A stretch of DNA of 64,000 nt from an uncultured candidate division Zixibacteria bacterium (lineage in GTDB: Bacteria > Zixibacteria > MSB-5A5 > GN15 > FEB-12): contig CAWDXE010000001.1 of NCBI GenBank assembly GCA_963806185.1, positions 1 through 64,000 on the forward strand. The letters are read 5' to 3'. The translations under genes were made by a program, and so were the position numbers. The notes under the pieces are model-generated. The model did not search any database. It saw nothing but the letters and a program-made list of their open reading frames with translations, and was not told the origin of the DNA. This document shows, piece by piece, positions 40,491 to 49,316 of this stretch. Each line of letters begins with the position of its first letter. Positions within the stretch are counted from its first letter, which is position 1.

Positions 40491-41201
40491 CTACAGGCAC
40501 TTGTCGCACATATCGTCAAAAGTGATGAACAGGTAGTCGATAAGCACAGTCAAGTCGACAATGTCAATGTTGACGTCACAATTGGTATCGCCCGACGCCG
40601 GCGGGTCCGGCGGTCCAACATTAAGTATAAACAAGTAGTCGATCAAGTAGGTGAGGTCACCGATATCAATTCGATTATCGGCATTGACGTCACCCACAAA
40701 TCGGCAGACTCTCGCCCAGGCGTTGACGATATTGGCGTCAATCGGCTGGTTTTGATTGTTGCGGATTCGAAATGTGTCGATTGCGATATCCGATTGGCCG
40801 AACCAGACGGTCTTGAACGGAATGTGCACGATCTCACCCGGGCCGCTCACGGTATTGGTGTCGCCCAGCACCGCTATGTCGATCGTCAACCGGCCGTTCG
40901 CCGTCGGAGTATACGTGAAGAAGTACGTAATCGAATCGTTGTCCACAAACATGTTGCCGACCCCAAGCGGAACCGGCAGAGTACTCGATGTATCGGCCAG
41001 CAGCACTGCGGGATTGACGTCGACGTTCAACTGTATTGCCTTCACGCCAACCAGTTGCGGGTCGGCGGTCACCGTGATCATAAAGAATGTATCGCGTTGG
41101 AAATACGTCGTATCGGCGCTGACGGTAATAGTCCCCGGTGCGGCCTGAGCGGATATCGCCAGAGCGAGCACAAACACAATTATGAGAAACTTTCGGTGCA
41201 T
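40491..41201 (-). CDS. Secreted cohesin-like + dockerin type I protein
   Basis: Signal; beta-sandwich with SGPGEIVHIPF; duplicated dockerin GDVNADNRIDIGDLTYLIDYLF..GDTNCDVNIDIVDLTVLIDYLF. Confidence 0.78.
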   Translation of the reverse strand: MHRKFLIIVFVLALAISAQAAPGTITVSADTTYFQRDTFFMITVTADPQLVGVKAIQLNVDVNPAVLLADTSSTLPVPLGVGNMFVDNDSITYFFTYTPTANGRLTIDIAVLGDTNTVSGPGEIVHIPFKTVWFGQSDIAIDTFRIRNNQNQPIDANIVNAWARVCRFVGDVNADNRIDIGDLTYLIDYLFILNVGPPDPPASGDTNCDVNIDIVDLTVLIDYLFITFDDMCDKCL

Positions 41202-41210
41202 GGTGTTCTC

Positions 41211-41951
41211 CTATGGGCAGTGGTTACACAACGGGGAAAACGAGATGAACAGGTGATCGATCAAGGCCGTGAGATCGCCGATATCGACGCCGTCGTCGCA
41301 CGTGACGTCGGCAGCCAGGATAATCGGCTGCGGCTCCGGACCCAGCAGGAATAGAAAGTTGATCATGAACGTCAGGTCGCCGATATCGATGTTGCCGGTA
41401 CGGTCAAGATCGCCGAAATATACGTACCCCGGAGGTAACGGGCAGACTAAGATCAGGGCGTTTTTCGAAGAATTGGCGACAAATTGCAAGAGACTGTTTT
41501 GAACGACAAACTGCCGGAATTGCAGTGGTGAGATTCCCGGCTGCGCCGAATGAAACCAGATCGTCGCCACATCGACATAGCCATTAATTTGATACTGACT
41601 GCCGAGAAAGGCGCTGAACAGATCGATATACCAGACGGGCGTGCCGAGACTGTCGACATCAGTAGAGTCCTGATAGTAAAAGAACGGAGGCGTCAGCCCC
41701 GTGACGGCGCGCCATTCGGGACTCATGACAATCGAATCAAGACGGATCACCGTGGTATCGAAAGCGAAGGTGACCCGATAGGCATGTGCCCCCACGACGC
41801 CGGAGTCCAGCGCCAGTTTCATCCCGAAGGATTGCCCGATTCCCGCGATAATTCGTTCTTCAGGTGTGAACAGGACCGCCTGGTTCACGGCCTTAACTGA
41901 CGACCCGAAACCCAGCAGTAGTACAATCGCAATTGTCCAAATTCTCTTCAC
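41211..41951 (-). CDS. Secreted cohesin-like + dockerin type I protein
   Basis: Signal; AYRVTFAFDTTVI..VATIWF..PGISPLQF sandwich; GDLDRTGNIDIGDLTFMINFLF..ADVTCDDGVDIGDLTALIDHLF. Confidence 0.78.
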   Translation of the reverse strand: MKRIWTIAIVLLLGFGSSVKAVNQAVLFTPEERIIAGIGQSFGMKLALDSGVVGAHAYRVTFAFDTTVIRLDSIVMSPEWRAVTGLTPPFFYYQDSTDVDSLGTPVWYIDLFSAFLGSQYQINGYVDVATIWFHSAQPGISPLQFRQFVVQNSLLQFVANSSKNALILVCPLPPGYVYFGDLDRTGNIDIGDLTFMINFLFLLGPEPQPIILAADVTCDDGVDIGDLTALIDHLFISFSPLCNHCP

Positions 41952-42032
41952 TCGCTGCCCTCAATCTTTTCCGGAACAGGAGAGGCCGGGCGGCCTCTCC
42001 TTCGAGCTCCGGTATGAAAGGTGGTGGGGAAT

Positions 42033-45000
42033 CTATTTGAGGAGCATCATCTTCCTCGTTTCGATGAAGGCTCCTGACGTAAGACGATACAAGTAAACGC
42101 CGCTGGCGACACGATTGCCGAACGCATCGGTACCGGTCCAATCGACGGTATACCGGCCGGCCGGCTGGATCTCATCGACCAGAGTCGTCACCTTACGACC
42201 GAGAAGATCGTAAATCTCCAGATGCACTTGTCCCGGCTCGGGCAGCGCATAGGCGATTACCGTCGTCGGGTTGAACGGGTTCGGGTAGTTCTGCGCCAGT
42301 TCGTATACCGCCGGCAGCAACCCCGCTGACGTTGAATTGAGCGCGACAGTGAGCGGCTGGTTGTCCAAATCTCGCATCTGTCCCGTCGACAATGTTACCT
42401 GCGGCAGATCGCCCTGCTTGGCGACGAATGTGAAGCTGGCCAATTCACCCGAACCGATCATGGCCCTGCCCTCACCGAGCAGCGCCAGATCGAGTGTCAC
42501 CGAATTGCCGTCAGTACGCACTTTGCTGAACATCAGCTCGGTGGTCGTCTGCAGCGGACTCGAAAGCGCCGAACCGATGAAGTTGGCGTTGGCAAACGTG
42601 AGCACAGCCTGCACGGCTTTCAGATCGCCCGTGTTGTTCGCCAGCGAAAGGTGGTAGATCACCTGTCCATCACTTGGCTCGGCAGTCAAGTTCAAACCGA
42701 GCGGCCCATTTACCTCAGCATTGGCAAATAGCGGACTGACCTTTCCAGTCGGTGTTACTGCATTGAAATTGATGGCGAAGATCGCCAGGTCTTCAAAGTT
42801 CACCGAATCATCGGGCAGCGGTATCCCCTTCGGGCTCATGTTGTGCGTGGGTCCGAAGTCGGCATGCTTGACGTACCCGCCATCTATGTATGACTTGCCA
42901 TACGTCACCGAGAAGATCACGAGATCTTCGTAATAGACCTTGCCGTCATAATTGGTGGTCGAAACACCATTGTTGGAAATATCGCCCAACCAATACGAGG
43001 TAGCCCGATCCTGTGCGCTGACGGCGGCAACGGAGTAGTTGCCGGCAGCGTCATAGGCAAACGCACCGTAGTAGTAGATGTCCCGAGCAGCATCAGTCAG
43101 CGTGTACGTGTCGACGTGGCTGGTCGGCGCTGAGGCCGACGCGGCTGTGTCGAGGATGGTCGTTCCTATGGTCTGATCCGCCGGATATGCCGGGGCTGCC
43201 GTCGGCGTTGGCTGACTGCCGTACTCCGGCGAATCCGTCCACGGCACACGTTGAATCTTCACCCCGATGGCATCGCTGGTCGGTGAGTTGACCCAGGTCA
43301 ATTTCACTTTGTTGTGACCCGGTTTTGCCAGCAGCGCCGTCGGCGGGGTCGGCGCGGTTACGTCTTTCGTGAAACACCAGAAGACAGTGCACGAATCGGC
43401 ATTGCCGCGGCCGTTGTCGTCTGTTGTCTTGAAGTACACACAGTGCGCGCCCTCGGTCAGAGCACCAAAGCCCGGCAGCGTCCACGCAGCGTTGGTATAG
43501 GTCGTCCCGCCGAGAGCGGTGCCGATTGCCACCCAGGCGCCGGTGCAGCCATCGATTTGATAGTACACGGCATCGAGGCCGCAGTCATCCGACGCGCCGA
43601 TATTCAACACCGGAGCGACATTGTAGTATCCACCCGCTACCGGCGAATTCACTGCAATGGTCGGATCGATGCAATCGGCCACGAAGGTGCTTGCCGTAGC
43701 CAGCGGCACAACAATCTGCGTATTGGTGCTGTCACGTAAATCCCGATAAATCATCGAAATGTCGTTGGCCGTACAGAAGCTGGTCGCACCGTTCATGGTA
43801 ACCGTGAAGAGCGTTGCGGGACCATCGATGACATTCGGCACCAGAATGCCGATGTCAACTTTTAGTGTGTCCTTGCCTCCGGGCGGATTGGATGTTTGAG
43901 TTGCAACAAACACCTGATAGGCGCTGTTGACGGTGACGACGTTCAATTCCGACGGGAATTCAAGACGGACCGCCGCCGCATCGAGTGCGGTTACGGCCTC
44001 ACCGATATTCACACTGATTGTGAAGTTTCCGGCGCAATTGTAGGCGACGTCATCCGGCGTTATATCGAGACCGCAATCCGTAACGGGATTGTTGTCGACA
44101 TTGGCGCCCGTGCCCCCGACCGCATACGAACCGGTGCCGGAATAGTCGTTCCAGCAATTCTGGTTGTAGTAATTCGCCGCCGTGTTGTCGTCGGCATTGA
44201 CCGTGTTGGCGAACGTATTATTCTGTGCGTTCACCGTGCCGTTCTCATTATAGAGACCAAGCCCGTTGAAAAGCACGTCGTTGCCGCTCAATACGCCGGT
44301 CAGCGTACCGCCGGCTTCCTCCCACATCACTATGCCATTGGCAAAGTTGGTGAGCCGGTTGCCGATCGCTGTGAAATTAAGAATTTCGGGTGAGTAATCG
44401 TCCGCCTCCAAACCGACGCCTCCTCCACCGCCGTCGAGCTGGTTCCCCGTTGCCGACGTAGTGATGATCGCCACATTGGCTGAAGCTCTGACCGATGAAC
44501 GCAGGCCACTAGCTTCACCATCGAACGGTGACGGTTTTGGCTGACGAGAGGGCTGGTTCTTGTACGGGTCGATGACAATGTTCCAGTACGACGTCAAGCC
44601 AGTGCCGGCCGGCGTCGCTGTCACAGTATTGCTGTCGATCTGGCCACCCACATTGATGTACCAGATACCGACCATACACTCGTCGACGAGATTATTCTTC
44701 GTCAGGATCGGACCGGTGGCGCCCGTCAACAAAATGCCGGTAGCGGACCAGCCGGCGCCCGTGTACGAAGAGCCGTAGACCTGATTGCCGATAAGGCTGC
44801 CGGTCGCACTGTAGCCGATCTGGATACCATTCATGGCGTTGAACGATGCCGGACCGTAGCCATCGATATCACAATACGAGATGTTGCCCGTGGCATACGG
44901 ACCGTTGACGACGATAGCACCCTTCTGGAATCCCACCACGTGCGTGTGACTGACCGCAATCGTCCGCATCGGCGCAGAGCTGTTGTACCCGTACACGCCA

Positions 45001-48000
45001 ATGCCGTGCTGGCCGCCGTCAATCGGGTTGTTGCGAACGTCTTTAACTTCGCAGCTATCAATGCCACCGCCGGCATTGAAGAAGCCGACACCGACGAAGC
45101 GGTAATTGATATTCCCTTTGGCGAGACCGTCAAGCGTCAGCTTGGAGATATTGACGCCATCTGAGTTCTCGACCGATATGACCGCAAAGTTGTTTGCGCC
45201 AGTCGCATAATAATGCGTCATGGGGGCAGTCGGCGGCGTGACAAAGGTCGTGCCGATGCCGCTACCGATGATGTTCAGGCCGGTGAATCCGTTGATGACC
45301 ACCTGGCCGGCATACGTTCCGGGCATCAGGTAGATCGTACTGCCGTCAACCAGGTCCACGGCCTCCTGGACGCGCACCACCGAACCACTCTGCGCATTGT
45401 CGTCGTCGACATAGAGAACTGAGAGACTGCCCTGGAAACCGACAGTCCCGGTGCCGTTGTCGACATCGGCGTCGATCCCGGAGCCGAGCCACGGGGTATA
45501 GTCCATGTCACCGATGCCGGCGCCTCGGACCGAAAGAGCTCCACCCGGAGGCACAGCCGCGCCGCCATAAGCGACCGGAATCAACGATGTGTATCCCGGT
45601 TCTGCGCCGTTGGTGTTGGCCGTCGTCAACGCGGTCGAACCGAGCCAGTTGCCGGAGAAGTTCTTCACGCCTCCAGTCAGGCTTCGATTCTCGATCTGAG
45701 CGTACCAGTTGCCCTCAATCTTGTTATTGAAAAACGTGGTCCCGGTAGCATCTTCAGTGCTGGCCGCCAGCCAGAGAATGCCGACCGTCCAGTTGTTGGT
45801 GACCTCGTTTTCTTCAAAGCGATTATTGGTGCACTGGTTTCTGAGAATGAGACCGGACCGGTTGAAATCCAGCACGCAATTGTGAATGTAGTTCCCGGAC
45901 GTGTAGTTGAGATCAATACCGGTTCTGTTCCCGATGAACTTACATTCGGCCACCTCGGCGTTGGCCGCCATTCCTTGAACAGCCAAGCCGGCCAACTTGA
46001 CGTTTGTGACCCAGTCGGTCACGTTGTTGCCATCGCGTGTAATGGTGAATCCTTTGATCACCACGCCGGCGTTGGTCGTCACGCGAACTGTTGCTGAGTT
46101 CGCTCCCGTTTTTAAGCCGATGATAGTTGCTTGGTCGATGCCGGAACCGATGAGCGACACGGCCTTGCCGACTGTCACGTCCTCAAGGTAGGCGCCGTCG
46201 AGCACGTTCACCGTACCGCCGGTACCTACGGCTGTGAGACCAGTCATGATGGTCGCAAATGCATCGTATCCATAGATATGCCCGCCGACAACATTCCCCT
46301 CGGCGCTGCCGGTCCAGTCGTCATCGACCCATACCACCATCGGCGGATTGGTCAGAGTACAATTCGTGTGCGTTGCGTCGGAGCACCACGGATCGAAGTC
46401 GATCGTCCCTGGCACCTGAGCAAGGTGACTGAGAATGGTCGCGTAATTGACACTGCACCAGAAATTGGCTTCGGCATTGACCGGCGCGGTGGTAGCGTTT
46501 ACCAGATCGCCGTACGATGACCCGTCAACGCCCACGTAGGTCTGGACATTGTTGCAGATATCGGCGCCGTGGATGGTCACGCCGGTCGGACCGGAATTGC
46601 TCTTGGCAGGCTCGCCGAACCGTATGCCGCGTTCATTGCCGGTGTAACTGCCACCGGTGATGCTCACCCCGGTGAGAGTCGCCGGATACCCGCCGTAGGT
46701 GGCGCCGTCACTGCGCGCCTTGATCATGAAACCGGCGCCGTGCTGCACGAACTTACCGTTGTTGGTGACGGTCATGTTCGTGAAACTCAAATTGGCGTAC
46801 GGTTCCATTCCTTTCAGGTTCACATCAAAGCCGCCGTTCCAGGCTTTATTATAGAAGGACAGGTTGAGACCGTTATTGTTGACGACACAGCCGGTGAAGG
46901 CCGCGTCGGACAGCTTCTCAACGTAAATCCCCTTTGCGTCGTTATTGCTGAAGCTGGTGTTGCTGACGGCGACATAGCGCACCAAGCTGCCGCCTGGTCC
47001 CCAGTCGCCGTGCTTTGCAAAATACCAGCCGTAGGTGAGATGGTCGAAAGCGCTGTTGGTAATGTCCAGATTGAAGAGACTGGCGAGCGTCGACACTTTC
47101 AGGCCGACTTCACTCTCGATATCGTTGGTCTCATTGGTGCCGATGATCTGGACGTTGTCCATGGACACATATGAGACACTCCCTGTCGGAACATTAAATC
47201 CATACAATTGAACGGGAAGCACGCGCAAATCCTTGAATAATACCGGACTGCTCGAGGAGAGTCCCGACGCACTCAACTGTACGACGGAACTGGTCGGCGC
47301 GCTTGCAGGCGACGACTGCATCAGGTGCGTGTTGAGCAACGAATCCGCACCGCTTCCGGCTCCCACGAGGGAGATCCGCTTGTTGATGTCGATTCCCCCG
47401 CGGAACACGCCGGGTCGCAAATTGACCGCGTCGCCGGCCGTGGCGAAGCCTATGGCCTCCTGAATGGTCGAACCATTCGAGGTGTTGGCATACCACTGCC
47501 AGGGGTGAGCGGTGGTTCGATAATCCGCACCCCACCAGGGCGAGTAGTCGATGCCGTTGTCGATCGAATTCCCGGCGCCGGAAGGATTGGAAGAGGCATT
47601 CTGCGGGCCGGACGTGGCGCCCCAGAAATTGGAGGTCATAGTAAGGTCAAAGGTGCCCGCGCCGAGAGATCCTGTTCCCTTGACCACACCGGTATTGCTG
47701 TTGCCGCTGATGACGTTGCCGGTGGCAGTCAATTTCGCCGTGTACCCGGATTCGGTTTCGATATAGATGCCATCTGCGTTGTTGATGATCGCATTGCCGG
47801 TCAATTCGATCGTCGGACTCGAAGAGCCCCAGCCCCACAATGATGTGGTCAGATAGAATCCGGTGGCCAGCGGGTTTCCAGCACCGTCTATCGTGTTGTC
47901 GATGAACCTGGTGGTAATCCCCGTGCTGTTCGCCCCCGCACTCGCTATACCGACGGCAAGATTGGTAAGCGTGTTGTTGCGCACGATCGGCGCGATGTAC

Positions 48001-48797
48001 GGTTGGAATACGAAGATGCCATACCCGGCGGTTGGGTTGTTGGAAACGTTGTTGGCTATAATCGTGTCGGCGAACAGACCACCGCTGCCCGCATTATCGG
48101 TGTGCACGCCCGTGCCGCTATTGGTCACGGTGTTGCCGCGGAACACCACGCCCGTCGACCAGTTCGAGGCGATGGCGTCGTTGCAGTTGGATACCGTGTT
48201 GTATTCAATTTTGCCCGAACCGTAGAAGTTGAACAGTCCAATCGACTGGGATTCACCTGCCACGTTGTCGATAATACAATGATGGAAATTGAACGTGCCG
48301 CCTGAAGAGGCATAGATGCCGCGCAGGTAGATGTTCTTCACTGTTACATAGCGAACTTCCAGACCGGCAAACATACCCAGCGGATGATTCGTTATTATCC
48401 CGTTGCGGGCGTCGAGGTCGGCACCGCCGACGACAAGGCCGCTGGTCAATCCGGGATTGTCACCGTCCAGTGTCATGCCTTCGATTAACACACTGTTGGC
48501 CTGAACCAGCATGATCGTGCTGTGGCCGGCAGGCAATGACCCTGTCCCAGTGTTAGGTGCCGAGGAGGCCGGATAGACAGTCACCAAACTTGCCCCCACA
48601 CCTATGAGACTCAGCGATTTGTTGATGATTATGTTATCTGTGTAGGTCCCGGCCAGAATGCTGATCGTATCCCCGGGAGATGCCGCGGTCACGGCGGCGC
48701 TGATAGTGGTGTAGTCTGTTGGCACAGTGATTGTGACGGCCAGACTCATGACCGGTAGCACACAGACCATCACTGCAAAAAGTACCAGTTTCCTCAC
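42033..48797 (-). CDS. 2254-aa secreted surface protein: four parallel beta-helix modules, cohesin-like/Ig/Fn3 domains, degenerate dockerin, FlgD-Ig/T9SS-like tail
   Basis: Four beta-helix caps (TTISAAV..GDTI..AGTY; TIQEAI..GDAV..PGVF; ATIMTG..GGTV..DGAY; VQEAV..GSTI..PGTY). Also PTPPTALLAKPG..VKLTW; LGDI..DGKVYYEDL..DDSVNFEDL; LAQNYPNPFNPTT..RKMMLLK. Confidence 0.85.
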   Translation of the reverse strand: MRKLVLFAVMVCVLPVMSLAVTITVPTDYTTISAAVTAASPGDTISILAGTYTDNIIINKSLSLIGVGASLVTVYPASSAPNTGTGSLPAGHSTIMLVQANSVLIEGMTLDGDNPGLTSGLVVGGADLDARNGIITNHPLGMFAGLEVRYVTVKNIYLRGIYASSGGTFNFHHCIIDNVAGESQSIGLFNFYGSGKIEYNTVSNCNDAIASNWSTGVVFRGNTVTNSGTGVHTDNAGSGGLFADTIIANNVSNNPTAGYGIFVFQPYIAPIVRNNTLTNLAVGIASAGANSTGITTRFIDNTIDGAGNPLATGFYLTTSLWGWGSSSPTIELTGNAIINNADGIYIETESGYTAKLTATGNVISGNSNTGVVKGTGSLGAGTFDLTMTSNFWGATSGPQNASSNPSGAGNSIDNGIDYSPWWGADYRTTAHPWQWYANTSNGSTIQEAIGFATAGDAVNLRPGVFRGGIDINKRISLVGAGSGADSLLNTHLMQSSPASAPTSSVVQLSASGLSSSSPVLFKDLRVLPVQLYGFNVPTGSVSYVSMDNVQIIGTNETNDIESEVGLKVSTLASLFNLDITNSAFDHLTYGWYFAKHGDWGPGGSLVRYVAVSNTSFSNNDAKGIYVEKLSDAAFTGCVVNNNGLNLSFYNKAWNGGFDVNLKGMEPYANLSFTNMTVTNNGKFVQHGAGFMIKARSDGATYGGYPATLTGVSITGGSYTGNERGIRFGEPAKSNSGPTGVTIHGADICNNVQTYVGVDGSSYGDLVNATTAPVNAEANFWCSVNYATILSHLAQVPGTIDFDPWCSDATHTNCTLTNPPMVVWVDDDWTGSAEGNVVGGHIYGYDAFATIMTGLTAVGTGGTVNVLDGAYLEDVTVGKAVSLIGSGIDQATIIGLKTGANSATVRVTTNAGVVIKGFTITRDGNNVTDWVTNVKLAGLAVQGMAANAEVAECKFIGNRTGIDLNYTSGNYIHNCVLDFNRSGLILRNQCTNNRFEENEVTNNWTVGILWLAASTEDATGTTFFNNKIEGNWYAQIENRSLTGGVKNFSGNWLGSTALTTANTNGAEPGYTSLIPVAYGGAAVPPGGALSVRGAGIGDMDYTPWLGSGIDADVDNGTGTVGFQGSLSVLYVDDDNAQSGSVVRVQEAVDLVDGSTIYLMPGTYAGQVVINGFTGLNIIGSGIGTTFVTPPTAPMTHYYATGANNFAVISVENSDGVNISKLTLDGLAKGNINYRFVGVGFFNAGGGIDSCEVKDVRNNPIDGGQHGIGVYGYNSSAPMRTIAVSHTHVVGFQKGAIVVNGPYATGNISYCDIDGYGPASFNAMNGIQIGYSATGSLIGNQVYGSSYTGAGWSATGILLTGATGPILTKNNLVDECMVGIWYINVGGQIDSNTVTATPAGTGLTSYWNIVIDPYKNQPSRQPKPSPFDGEASGLRSSVRASANVAIITTSATGNQLDGGGGGVGLEADDYSPEILNFTAIGNRLTNFANGIVMWEEAGGTLTGVLSGNDVLFNGLGLYNENGTVNAQNNTFANTVNADDNTAANYYNQNCWNDYSGTGSYAVGGTGANVDNNPVTDCGLDITPDDVAYNCAGNFTISVNIGEAVTALDAAAVRLEFPSELNVVTVNSAYQVFVATQTSNPPGGKDTLKVDIGILVPNVIDGPATLFTVTMNGATSFCTANDISMIYRDLRDSTNTQIVVPLATASTFVADCIDPTIAVNSPVAGGYYNVAPVLNIGASDDCGLDAVYYQIDGCTGAWVAIGTALGGTTYTNAAWTLPGFGALTEGAHCVYFKTTDDNGRGNADSCTVFWCFTKDVTAPTPPTALLAKPGHNKVKLTWVNSPTSDAIGVKIQRVPWTDSPEYGSQPTPTAAPAYPADQTIGTTILDTAASASAPTSHVDTYTLTDAARDIYYYGAFAYDAAGNYSVAAVSAQDRATSYWLGDISNNGVSTTNYDGKVYYEDLVIFSVTYGKSYIDGGYVKHADFGPTHNMSPKGIPLPDDSVNFEDLAIFAINFNAVTPTGKVSPLFANAEVNGPLGLNLTAEPSDGQVIYHLSLANNTGDLKAVQAVLTFANANFIGSALSSPLQTTTELMFSKVRTDGNSVTLDLALLGEGRAMIGSGELASFTFVAKQGDLPQVTLSTGQMRDLDNQPLTVALNSTSAGLLPAVYELAQNYPNPFNPTTVIAYALPEPGQVHLEIYDLLGRKVTTLVDEIQPAGRYTVDWTGTDAFGNRVASGVYLYRLTSGAFIETRKMMLLK

Positions 48798-49173
48798 GTC
48801 TGCTCCTCCCCGGGAGGTGTGCGTCGCACGAGCTCACTGAATCAGCCGGATCCGTGGCAAGCCTGGCGATCTCACCCGGTTCTTGAATTAATAAGTCGAT
48901 AAGAAATTTAGTCGGGGAGTCCGAAGCCGTCGGCCTCGAACGCGAGAGTAGCGCGAACGTGTGTGTCGCTCGAACCACATTGTCTCTGCTGTGTCTCACC
49001 TCCCTTCGTCCAAGGTAGTGTGACCGCACGTCCTGCACATCGCCGGAGGGTTACTCCGTGACGCATGTCGCCCCAGCCCGTGCAGACCGACAATGCATGG
49101 CCAATTGATCTTCTGTTCTACTGCTGAACTGCCCCTGTGTGCTCCAACCGGTGGGACAACCGGCACCAAGTTA

Positions 49174-49201
49174 ACTATAGCAGCCTGGTGCGCATTGTCA
49201 A
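49174..49201 (-). promoter_or_regulatory. sigma70-type promoter about 370 nt upstream of the giant surface-protein gene
   Basis: Minus strand TTGACA-16 nt-TATAGT. Confidence 0.55.
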
Positions 49202-49316
49202 GGGAAATCTCCACTTCGATCCGTTTAGAAGCGAAAGATTGGCTCCCCGCAAGTCAGTGACAGAGGCGGCCCCGTTCCTCCCAGCGAGGACGGACCATCA
49301 GCCCGCACCGAATTGG

